The notes under the pieces are model-generated. The model had not been told where the DNA came from. It saw nothing but the letters and a program-made list of their open reading frames with translations, and did not search any database. The translations under genes and the position numbers were made by a program. From a virus (taxonomy: Duplodnaviria; Heunggongvirae; Uroviricota; Caudoviricetes), in the IMG/VR virus record IMGVR_UViG_2531839532_000006: a stretch of DNA of 13,767 bases; one strand, written 5' to 3'. Below, piece by piece: positions 6,887 to 13,299 of the stretch. The first letter of the stretch is position 1, and every line of letters begins with the position of its first letter.

Positions 6887-7936
6887 ATGCTTAATACTGT
6901 AAAAATATCCAGTTGTGAGTTAATCAACGCCGACTGCCTGGAATTTATCCGGTCGTTACCCGAAAATTCTGTTGACCTGATAGTCACGGACCCGCCGTAC
7001 TTTAAAGTGAAGCCTGAGGGCTGGGATAACCAGTGGAAGGGCGACGATGATTACCTGAAGTGGCTGGACCAGTGTCTGGCGCAGTTCTGGCGGGTGCTGA
7101 AACCTGCCGGAAGTCTTTACCTGTTCTGTGGTCATCGCCTGGCATCTGATATCGAAATCATGATGCGTGAACGCTTCAGTGTGCTGAACCATATTATCTG
7201 GGCGAAGCCGTCCGGACGCTGGAACGGATGCAACAAGGAAAGCCTGCGGGCGTATTTCCCCGCCACAGAGCGCATTCTGTTCGCGGAACATTATCAGGGG
7301 CCGTATCGTCCGAAAGATGCCGGGTATGCGGCGAAGGGCAGTGCACTGAAACAGCATGTGATGGCCCCGCTGATTTCTTACTTTCGTGATGCGCGCGCGG
7401 CCCTGGGGATAACGGCAAAACAGATTGCAGATGCCACAGGAAAGAAAAACATGGTGTCGCACTGGTTCAGTGCCAGTCAGTGGCAGCTACCGAATGAAAG
7501 CGATTATCTGAAATTACAGGCGCTGTTTGCCCGGGTGGCAGAAGAGAAGCATCGGCGTGGTGAACTGGAAAAGCTCCACCACCAGCTGGTGGATACGTAT
7601 ACCTCACTGAACCGGCAGTATGCGGAGCTGCTGAGTGAATATAAACATCTGCGGCGGTATTTTGGCGTGACGGTGCAGGTGCCGTATACCGATGTGTGGA
7701 CGCATAAACCGGTGCAGTTCTATCCCGGGAAACATCCGTGCGAAAAACCGGCAGAAATGCTGCAGCAGATAATCAGCGCAAGCAGTCGTCCGGGTGACCT
7801 GGTTGCAGATTTTTTTATGGGCTCAGGTTCAACGGTAAAAGCTGCACTGGCGCTCGGGCGTCGTGCGATTGGCGTTGAACTGGAGACCGGACGTTTTGAG
7901 CAGACAGTCAGGGAAGTTCAGGATTTAATCGTTTGA
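6887..7936 (+). CDS. Orphan DNA methyltransferase, beta-class (DPPY motif; most likely N6-adenine)
   Basis: 349-aa ORF with motif IV DLIVTDPPYF near the N-terminus and an FxGxG-type AdoMet motif DFFMGSGST near the C-terminus. No adjacent restriction endonuclease candidate. Confidence 0.85.
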   Translation: MLNTVKISSCELINADCLEFIRSLPENSVDLIVTDPPYFKVKPEGWDNQWKGDDDYLKWLDQCLAQFWRVLKPAGSLYLFCGHRLASDIEIMMRERFSVLNHIIWAKPSGRWNGCNKESLRAYFPATERILFAEHYQGPYRPKDAGYAAKGSALKQHVMAPLISYFRDARAALGITAKQIADATGKKNMVSHWFSASQWQLPNESDYLKLQALFARVAEEKHRRGELEKLHHQLVDTYTSLNRQYAELLSEYKHLRRYFGVTVQVPYTDVWTHKPVQFYPGKHPCEKPAEMLQQIISASSRPGDLVADFFMGSGSTVKAALALGRRAIGVELETGRFEQTVREVQDLIV

Positions 7937-7947
7937 AACGGATGAGA

Positions 7948-7976
7948 TTGCAGAATTAATTACGCACCATTATTAT
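7948..7976 (+). promoter_or_regulatory. Candidate sigma-70 promoter for the tRNA genes (-35 TTGCAG, 17-nt spacer, -10 TATTAT)
   Basis: Hexamers with ideal spacing end about 10 nt before the tRNA 5' end. Confidence 0.45.
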
Positions 7977-7985
7977 TCTGCTCCC

Positions 7986-8061
7986 GGCCCTTTAGCTCAG
8001 TGGTGAGAGCGAGCGACTCATAATCGCCAGGTCGCTGGTTCAAATCCAGCAAGGGCCACCA
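7986..8061 (+). tRNA. ileZ: tRNA with CAU anticodon, ileZ-like (tRNA-Ile2 after lysidine modification, or tRNA-Met)
   Basis: Hand-folded cloverleaf: acceptor GGCCCTT / AAGGGCC, D-arm GCTC...GAGC, anticodon loop CTCATAA, T-arm GCTGG-TTCAAAT-CCAGC, encoded CCA. One A-C mismatch at the top of the anticodon stem. Confidence 0.8.
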
Positions 8062-8161
8062 TCACAAACCGCCATTAGCTTATCAGGAAGAGCAGACGAC
8101 ACGATAACAGGGTTGTTGGTGCGGGGGCGGGTCCCCGATGGCGGTCCATTATCGGTATTCA

Positions 8162-8235
8162 GCGTTGTTAGCTCAGCCGGACAGAGCAATTGCCTTCTAA
8201 GCAATCGGTCACTGGTTCGAATCCAGTACAGCGCG
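8162..8235 (+). tRNA. tRNA-Arg (anticodon UCU), argO-like; 3' CCA not encoded
   Basis: Hand-folded cloverleaf: acceptor GCGTTGT / ACAGCGC (one G-U pair), D-arm GCTC...GAGC, anticodon stem ATTGC / GCAAT with loop CTTCTAA, T-arm ACTGG-TTCGAAT-CCAGT. Discriminator G is followed by CTA. Confidence 0.8.
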
Positions 8236-8375
8236 CTATATTCATTCTTCCAGATTCCTTCCGGCAGAGCCTTATACTGAAATATACCTGGCTCAGGATA
8301 TTGTTGAAAATATTTTATGTTTGTCAAAAATAAAAGTTCTGTTAAGTATTGATTGAGTGTTTGTTATACGGTCTA

Positions 8376-8702
8376 ATGGTTTTTTCAGCATTAAATATTT
8401 ATCATTCATATGGTGTGGGTAGAGTGAATATTGATGAGGCGTCGGGGTGTTTCATCCTTAGGCAGCGTATTGATATAGTCAATGCAGGACGAGCAAAGGC
8501 CTTCAGCCGTTTGACAGTTTTGTTCTGTACTCCTGATCGTCTTTCGGGAAGAGACGTTATTATTCTGAATAGTGATGCTATACAGAGGGTTTGCGATGAG
8601 TTCATGGTTGCTAATTCAGAATTATTTGCTCTTGTTCAGGAGTACAACAGAATAGCCAGGACCTGTGGTATGGATGAACTTCGGATTACTCATCTGGGGT
8701 AG
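8376..8702 (+). CDS. Hypothetical protein (first gene of the cargo island), function unknown
   Basis: 108 aa from the ATG at 8376; the ORF track extends it to a TTG at 8349. No clear RBS; AT-rich upstream region with a weak promoter-like TTGTCA at 8321. Confidence 0.35.
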   Translation: MVFSALNIYHSYGVGRVNIDEASGCFILRQRIDIVNAGRAKAFSRLTVLFCTPDRLSGRDVIILNSDAIQRVCDEFMVANSELFALVQEYNRIARTCGMDELRITHLG

Positions 8703-9093
8703 ATACATATCTGGATTATCACTTGTTACGGTAAAAAGTGATTGCTTACTGTTTTTGTGAGTGGCATTGCAGCAGCCGGATAATGTCAGTGCTGGCTGAC
8801 GGTGTGCTGGTGGCGGGTGTGGTGGTTGTTGCTTTCCCGTTGCTGAAAAAGAAAACGCCAGACTGTTAGCCGGGTATCAGTTAGCGGGAGAAATTTTTAA
8901 ATACTTCACAATTCAGGCGGTTGACTGTTGTCTGGTTTGCGGGGAGTTTGTTAAAAGAAACTGGCATGGTGAATCCCCCTGTGCGGAGGGGCAATCAGCG
9001 AGTAGGTATATGGGATAATCGCGGATTCAGGTGCTGGTACTGAATTCACCGGGAGGCACCCGGCACCATGCAATGGCACATAGCGCCACTCTC

Positions 9094-9120
9094 CAGCCCC
9101 TCTCCGGAGGGGCTGTTTAT
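9094..9120 (+). terminator. Intrinsic terminator inside the cargo island
   Basis: CAGCCCCTC-TCCG-GAGGGGCTG hairpin followed by TTTATATTGATTTT. Confidence 0.5.
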
Positions 9121-9146
9121 ATTGATTTTGTCAGATGTGAGTAAAC

Positions 9147-9180
9147 TCCTTATGGACTTTGTTGTTTTAGTCCATAAGGA
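9147..9180 (-). terminator. Perfect 12-bp stem-loop overlapping the 3' end of the minus-strand ORF (possible terminator)
   Basis: TCCTTATGGACT-(10-nt loop)-AGTCCATAAGGA. On the minus strand it is followed by GTTTACTC, only moderately U-rich. It encodes the last residues (PYGLKQQSP) of ORF 9150..9485. Confidence 0.4.
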
Positions 9181-9485
9181 CATATTTGCAGAGTGCAACG
9201 GTTATTAAAGCATTCATTCAATACGTTATCTGTATTTGTAGGACATTCCTGGCTGTTTTTGATTAAATTCCAGAATGTTTTATTGAATGGTACTACGTTG
9301 TAAATGGTTACAGGTAGCACTTTGTTATTGAGCATGATACCTGTGTGAGTCAGTGTAAATATACTTTCAGGAGGTAAGAAAGCATCCGATTGATACCAGA
9401 TTATTAATTTTATTTTACTCCATATGACTGAAAAAGATATTCCGCATGATGGCTGGATAACTGTATCAATCACAATCCACTTCAT
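9150..9485 (-). CDS. Hypothetical protein in AT-rich cargo DNA, antisense to the late operon
   Basis: 111-aa ORF with a plausible RBS AAGGAAG about 5 nt before the ATG on the minus strand, and a possible -10 TATACT upstream. No signal peptide recognised; several Cys near the C-terminus. Confidence 0.4.
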   Translation of the reverse strand: MKWIVIDTVIQPSCGISFSVIWSKIKLIIWYQSDAFLPPESIFTLTHTGIMLNNKVLPVTIYNVVPFNKTFWNLIKNSQECPTNTDNVLNECFNNRCTLQICPYGLKQQSP

Positions 9486-9745
9486 TTAGCTTCCTTGTTT
9501 ATGCCTTGCTGGTGATGTTCTGAAAAGTATAAATGATATTTTTGAATATAAACCATAGAGCAGAATTATTTTTCTGATGTTGTTTATTGTTTATTTAAAT
9601 GCAGGGTGGTTTATATCTCGTCTTGTAGTTTATCCATGCATATCTGCTTGATGATCAGGTTTCTATTTAAGGTATGGTTTTGTGTTTTTTCTGTGTTACA
9701 TGTCTGGTATTTTAAAGAATTATTTTTCAGATGGTGGAAAGAACC

Positions 9746-9934
9746 ATGGCATTTAAACACTATGATGTTGTCAGGGCGGCGCCGCCGTCAGATCTTGCGG
9801 AAAAGCTGACACATAAACTGAAAGAGGGCTGGCAGCCGTTTGGTAGTCCGGTGGCCATAACCCCTTATACCCTGATGCAGGCGATTGCAGCAGAAGGTGA
9901 TGTGGTGGTCAGTGGTGCAACTGAGCCCGAGTGA
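9746..9934 (+). CDS. Small hypothetical protein (62 aa), possibly a DUF1737-type small prophage protein
   Basis: MAFKHYDVVRAAPPSDLAEKLTHKLKEGWQPFGSPVAITPYTLMQAIAAEGDVVVSGATEPE with RBS-like GGTGGAAAGAA upstream. The ORF track starts it at 9731. The family assignment is a weak recollection only. Confidence 0.45.
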   Translation: MAFKHYDVVRAAPPSDLAEKLTHKLKEGWQPFGSPVAITPYTLMQAIAAEGDVVVSGATEPE

Positions 9935-10089
9935 TACTACGTCATCGTACTGGCCCGGCATTCCAGGCCATAAAAGACAGTCTGGCAGTGGGACTAAATG
10001 TACTGACGCTGACGGATATTACCAAAAATGCAACGTATGGCGTTGAGATAGAAAGTCTGGTGCTGGAGATAAATGCACCGGCATCATCA
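9931..10089 (+). CDS. Possible small ORF (52 aa, GTG start) overlapping the previous stop (GTGA)
   Basis: VILRHRTGPAFQAIKDSLAVGLNVLTLTDITKNATYGVEIESLVLEINAPASS. No ATG in frame; could be a coupled gene or the frameshifted remainder of the upstream gene. Confidence 0.2.
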
Positions 10090-10177
10090 TAAAAAGTGAG
10101 CCAGTCAAATGGAAGGTATCGTTAAACTCACCGGTAGTGTCAGTGGGTCGTCTGAGATGCCTGCATGAGTTATCAGA

Positions 10178-10207
10178 GCCATCAGTACTTAACTGGTGGC
10201 TTTTTTT
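10178..10207 (+). terminator. Strong intrinsic terminator immediately upstream of the holin gene
   Basis: GCCATCAGT-ACTTA-ACTGGTGGC hairpin (one G-U pair) followed by TTTTTTT. Confidence 0.6.
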
Positions 10208-10242
10208 ATTGTTGTCAGCTTCCGGATAACGGGAGACGGGGT

Positions 10243-10458
10243 ATGTACCAGATGGAAAAAATCACAACAGGTGTGTCATACACCACGTCAGCGGTGGGAA
10301 CGGGCTACTGGTTCCTGCAGTTGCTGGACAGGGTTTCCCCGTCTCAGTGGGCGGCAATAGGCGTGCTGGGGAGTCTGCTGTTTGGGCTGCTGACATATCT
10401 GACTAACCTGTATTTCAAAATCAGAGAGGACCGTCGTAAGGCGGCACGGGGAGAGTAA
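10243..10458 (+). CDS. S: Class II holin, phage-21 S21-type pinholin, with dual-start motif (Met1 / Met4)
   Basis: 71 aa [79 protein letters not shown] sits 7 nt upstream. The longer ORF-track version from 10165 is an unsupported N-terminal extension. Confidence 0.85.
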   Translation: MYQMEKITTGVSYTTSAVGTGYWFLQLLDRVSPSQWAAIGVLGSLLFGLLTYLTNLYFKIREDRRKAARGE

Positions 10459-10462
10459 TTCA

Positions 10463-10777
10463 ATGACTCAAAACTATGAACTGATTGTGAAAGGGATCCG
10501 CAATTTTGAGAATAAAGTTACGGTAACTTTAGCGTTACGGGACAAAAAACGCTTTGACGGTGAAATTTTTGACCTGGACATCTCGCTGGACCGTGTTGAA
10601 GGTGCCGCGCTGGAGTTTTATGAGGCAGCAGCCAGAAGGAGCATCAGACAGGTCTTCCTGGATGTTGCTGCCGGGTTATGTGAAGGGGACGAGCTGTTGC
10701 CAGAAACGCGCCCCTGTTCAGAGGCGCGGTATACCATAAAAATTAACAGTTCTGATAACTCGATTACGGGTTGTTAG
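10463..10777 (+). CDS. ydfR: YdfR-like hypothetical protein between holin and endolysin
   Basis: 104-aa ORF starting 5 nt after the holin stop. Position and length match ydfR of the Qin lysis cassette as I recall it. Confidence 0.5.
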   Translation: MTQNYELIVKGIRNFENKVTVTLALRDKKRFDGEIFDLDISLDRVEGAALEFYEAAARRSIRQVFLDVAAGLCEGDELLPETRPCSEARYTIKINSSDNSITGC

Positions 10778-10832
10778 CTTTTTGCAGTTGGCTTTCCAGT
10801 ATCTTTCATTGGTAGCATCCTGATAAATATCC

Positions 10833-11366
10833 ATGAGCGCAAAAATCAAATACGGCCTGTCAGCTGCTGTTCTGGCGCTGATTGCTGCAGGCGCGTCTGC
10901 TCCTCAGATACTTGACCAGTTTCTGGACGAAAAAGAGGGTAACCACACAACGGCATACCGCGATGGTTCCGGCAACTGGACCATCTGTCGGGGGGCCACG
11001 ATGGTGGATGGAAAACCCGTTTTTCCCGGTATGAAACTGTCGAAGGAAAAATGCGACCAGGTCAACGCCATTGAGCGTGATAAGGCGCTGGCATGGGTGG
11101 AGAAAAACATCAAAGTGCCATTGAGCGAACCCCAGAAAGCGGGGATCGCGTCATTCTGTCCGTACAACATTGGTCCCGGTAAGTGTTTCCCGTCGACGTT
11201 TTATAAACGAATTAATGCAGGTGATCACAGGGGAGCGTGTGAGGCGATTCGCTGGTGGATTAAGGACGGTGGCAGAGACTGCCGTATTCGTTCAAACAAT
11301 TGCTACGGTCAGGTATCCCGTCGTGACCAGGAGAGCGCGCTGGCGTGCTGGGGTATCGACAGATAA
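10833..11366 (+). CDS. R: SAR endolysin (T4-lysozyme-like muramidase with N-terminal signal-anchor-release domain)
   Basis: 177-aa ORF with a Gly/Ala-rich weakly hydrophobic N-terminus (YGLSAAVLALIAAGASAP) and an E-8aa-D-5aa-T catalytic spacing (DEKEGNHTTAYRDGSGNWT). Partner of the pinholin. Confidence 0.9.
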   Translation: MSAKIKYGLSAAVLALIAAGASAPQILDQFLDEKEGNHTTAYRDGSGNWTICRGATMVDGKPVFPGMKLSKEKCDQVNAIERDKALAWVEKNIKVPLSEPQKAGIASFCPYNIGPGKCFPSTFYKRINAGDHRGACEAIRWWIKDGGRDCRIRSNNCYGQVSRRDQESALACWGIDR

Positions 11367-11456
11367 GCAGAATATTTTGCTGAAAAATAAGGCATGGCCA
11401 CGCGGGCGGATAACATGAAATCCTGCGAAGTGGCGAAACGTAAGTGAATAAAAGTA

Positions 11457-11490
11457 AAAACCCCGTTTGTTGGCACCAAGCGGGGTTTTG
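11457..11490 (+). terminator. Intrinsic terminator-like hairpin between endolysin and spanin genes
   Basis: AAAACCCCG-(15-nt loop)-CGGGGTTTT followed by GTGTTT. Confidence 0.5.
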
Positions 11491-11525
11491 TGTTTCCTGA
11501 CTCCGGAAAAGTCAAAGGAGAAAGT

Positions 11526-11663
11526 GTGTTTGATTTTAGCAAACTGATTCGGGAGATTCGAGTGATGGCTGAAAAATTATCCACCTGGAAGTTCATTCTT
11601 ATCTGGCTGGTGTTTGTGATTATGGCCTCCGGTTATTTCATCGGTCAGATACGCTGGTGGTGA
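11526..11663 (+). CDS. Small single-pass membrane protein (45 aa), unannotated, translationally coupled to Rz
   Basis: Hand-translated: GTG at 11526 with RBS AAAGGAG 5 nt upstream (ATG 11565 is an alternative start). Product [45 protein letters not shown]. Stop TGA at 11661-11663 is 1 nt before the Rz ATG. Confidence 0.4.
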   Translation: MFDFSKLIREIRVMAEKLSTWKFILIWLVFVIMASGYFIGQIRWW

Positions 11664-11664
11664 A

Positions 11665-12129
11665 ATGAACCGCGTACTGTGCGTGGTCATCATTGCCCTG
11701 CTGGTGGCCTGTGGTGCGCTTAGTCTGGGGCTGAATCATTACCGTGATAACGCCATTACCTACAAAGCCCAGCGCGACAAAAATGTCAGAGAACTGAAGC
11801 TGGCGAACGCGGCAATTACTGACATGCAGATGCGTCAGCGTGATGTTGCTGCGCTCGATGCAAAATACACGAAGGAGTTAGCTGATGCGAAAGCTGAAAA
11901 TGATGCTCTGCGTGATGATGTTGCCGCTGGTCGTCGTCGGTTGCACATCAAAGCAGTCTGTCAGTCAGTGCGTGAAGCCACCACCGCCTCCGGCGTGGAT
12001 AATGCAGCCTCCCCCCGACTGGCAGACACCGCTGAACGGGATTATTTCACCCTCAGAGCGCGACTGATAATAATGCAAAAACAACTTGAAGGGGCACAGC
12101 TATACATTCGAGAGCAATGCCTCAGATAA
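11665..12129 (+). CDS. Rz: Rz i-spanin (inner-membrane spanin subunit)
   Basis: 154-aa ORF with an N-terminal TM helix ([18 protein letters not shown]) and coiled-coil periplasmic domain. Follows the endolysin and contains an embedded +1-frame ORF. Confidence 0.85.
   Translation: MNRVLCVVIIALLVACGALSLGLNHYRDNAITYKAQRDKNVRELKLANAAITDMQMRQRDVAALDAKYTKELADAKAENDALRDDVAAGRRRLHIKAVCQSVREATTASGVDNAASPRLADTAERDYFTLRARLIIMQKQLEGAQLYIREQCLR
11885..12067 (+). CDS. Rz1: Rz1 o-spanin (outer-membrane lipoprotein) embedded in Rz in the +1 frame
   Basis: 60-aa ORF with lipobox LPLVVVGC and a proline-rich mature region ([18 protein letters not shown]), entirely inside Rz. Confidence 0.75.
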   Translation: MRKLKMMLCVMMLPLVVVGCTSKQSVSQCVKPPPPPAWIMQPPPDWQTPLNGIISPSERD

Positions 12130-12436
12130 AAACCGGCCAAGGATAATCCGCTGAAGATTCGCCGGTGGCTAAAGTGTGCCAAGAGTTCAATTTACGCAAT
12201 TACTCCTGTCGATGCTATGCACCGTCTTTGTGAAGTCAATGGATACCTGATTTATTTCTGTGCGCTGTATCGTCGCTGTACTCTTGCATTAATTATGACT
12301 GTAGCCTGACGGGGAACTCCTTCTGCACAAGTGTGGGGGAATAATCAAAAACGATGCACACCGGGGTTACCGGGTACACATATTTCATCATGCCAGCGAG
12401 TCCGGTTCTGGTACGGAAGAAACCGGACGTTATGAT

Positions 12437-12715
12437 TTAGTGCGGAAATATTTGTGTAGTGTTCTGAATGTTCTCAGTAAAGAGTAATGAATTATCAAAG
12501 GTATAGTAATATCTTTTGTTTTCGTGGATATTTGTAATCCATCTGAAAACCCCTGCTGTAGCAAGATTTTTCCTGTATTCGTAAAATGATAACTCTCCTG
12601 ATTTGAATCCTTTTAAGGTGGCTTCTATAAGGCATTTATTTTTTGAAAATCTTACATTTACAACCTTACCCTGCTCTCCAATGACTAGTCTAAAAACTAG
12701 TATTAAGACTATCAC
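12437..12715 (-). CDS. Hypothetical protein in AT-rich DNA after the lysis cassette (bor-position moron)
   Basis: 92-aa ORF with a GTG start and no clear RBS. The start codon lies inside a 20-bp perfect palindrome; a stem-loop at 12400-12428 follows the stop. Confidence 0.3.
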   Translation of the reverse strand: MIVLILVFRLVIGEQGKVVNVRFSKNKCLIEATLKGFKSGELSFYEYRKNLATAGVFRWITNIHENKRYYYTFDNSLLFTENIQNTTQIFPH

Positions 12716-12729
12716 TTATTTAAGTGATA
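12710..12729. promoter_or_regulatory. 20-bp perfect palindrome TATCACTTATTTAAGTGATA (operator-like)
   Basis: Seen directly. The TATCAC half-sites resemble lambda-type operator half-sites. It overlaps the start of ORF 12437..12715. Confidence 0.5.
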
Positions 12730-12932
12730 TTGGTTGTCTGGAGATTCAGGGGGCCAGTCTAATAGTAAATGTAATGTGAGACATTGTGACGTTTTAGCTC
12801 AGAATAAAACCATTGATAGTTTAAATCGTTTCGAACTTTATCAAATATTTGTTTAAAAATGACTACCTGATCCATAGATAAACCTTCCATGTGATATGAG
12901 GGGGCGTAGTCTGCACGATTATCTAAATTGCT

Positions 12933-13166
12933 TCAATCTGGTCTGACCTGTTTTCTGAGCAATTCAGTAATGTCACTCTTTTCTTTGTTTGCTTCAGAAG
13001 AAACTCTTTTTTCTGAGCACAGTCTCCGGCGGCAGGCTTCAATGACCCAGGCTGAGAAATTCCCGGACCCTTTTTGAACAAGAGCGATGTTAATTTGTTC
13101 AATCATTTGGTTAGGAAAGCGGATGTTGCGGGTTGTTGTTCTGCGGGTTCTGTTCTTCGTTGACAT
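12933..13166 (-). CDS. Small basic protein, possibly DUF3950-type / ribbon-helix-helix-like
   Basis: 77-aa ORF MSTKNRTRRTTTRNIRFPNQMIEQINIALVQKGSGNFSAWVIEACRRRL... with a basic N-terminus and a short beta-alpha-alpha-like core. Family recalled from memory. Confidence 0.45.
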   Translation of the reverse strand: MSTKNRTRRTTTRNIRFPNQMIEQINIALVQKGSGNFSAWVIEACRRRLCSEKRVSSEANKEKSDITELLRKQVRPD

Positions 13167-13299
13167 GAGGTTGCCCCGTATTCAGTGTCGCTGATTTGTA
13201 TTGTCTGAAGTTGTTTTTACGTTAAGTTGATGCAGATCAATTAATACGATACCTGCGTCATAATTGATTATTTGACGTGGTTTGATGGCCTCCACGCAC

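Noticed and set aside
6712-7462. ORFs 6712..6894 (+), 6956..7462 (-) and 7194..7418 (-) around the methyltransferase
   Set aside because: 6712..6894 spans a terminator and the 12-bp hairpin. The others are antisense shadows of the methyltransferase gene.
8062-8161. Possible third tRNA (argN-like) between the two tRNA genes
   Set aside because: No T-loop (GTTCGAATC-like) or D-arm motifs and no cloverleaf can be folded by eye. Treated as spacer or decayed remnant.
8040-8605. Minus-strand ORFs 8040..8327 and 8402..8605
   Set aside because: The first runs across both tRNA genes. The second is an Arg/Ser-rich antisense shadow of ORF 8376..8702 with no RBS.
9606-9809. 67-aa plus-strand ORF in the AT-rich stretch (W/F-rich product)
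   Set aside because: Low-complexity hydrophobic product typical of AT-rich non-coding DNA, no RBS, and it overlaps the better-supported ORF starting at 9746 in another frame.
10165-10242. Longer 97-aa version of the holin ORF starting at 10165
   Set aside because: The extension contains the upstream intrinsic terminator and has no RBS. The S21-type holin begins at the RBS-preceded MYQM at 10243.
10554-11596. ORFs 10554..10739 (+), 10904..11170 (-), 11170..11418 (+) and 11309..11596 (-) in the lysis cassette
   Set aside because: Overlaps of the ydfR-like and endolysin genes or of the terminator and small-ORF region in other frames, with no start signals.
12770-12840. tRNA-like motifs (TTAGCTCAG and GTTTCGAAC) in AT-rich DNA after Rz
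   Set aside because: The motifs are not embedded in a foldable acceptor or anticodon structure; likely coincidental.
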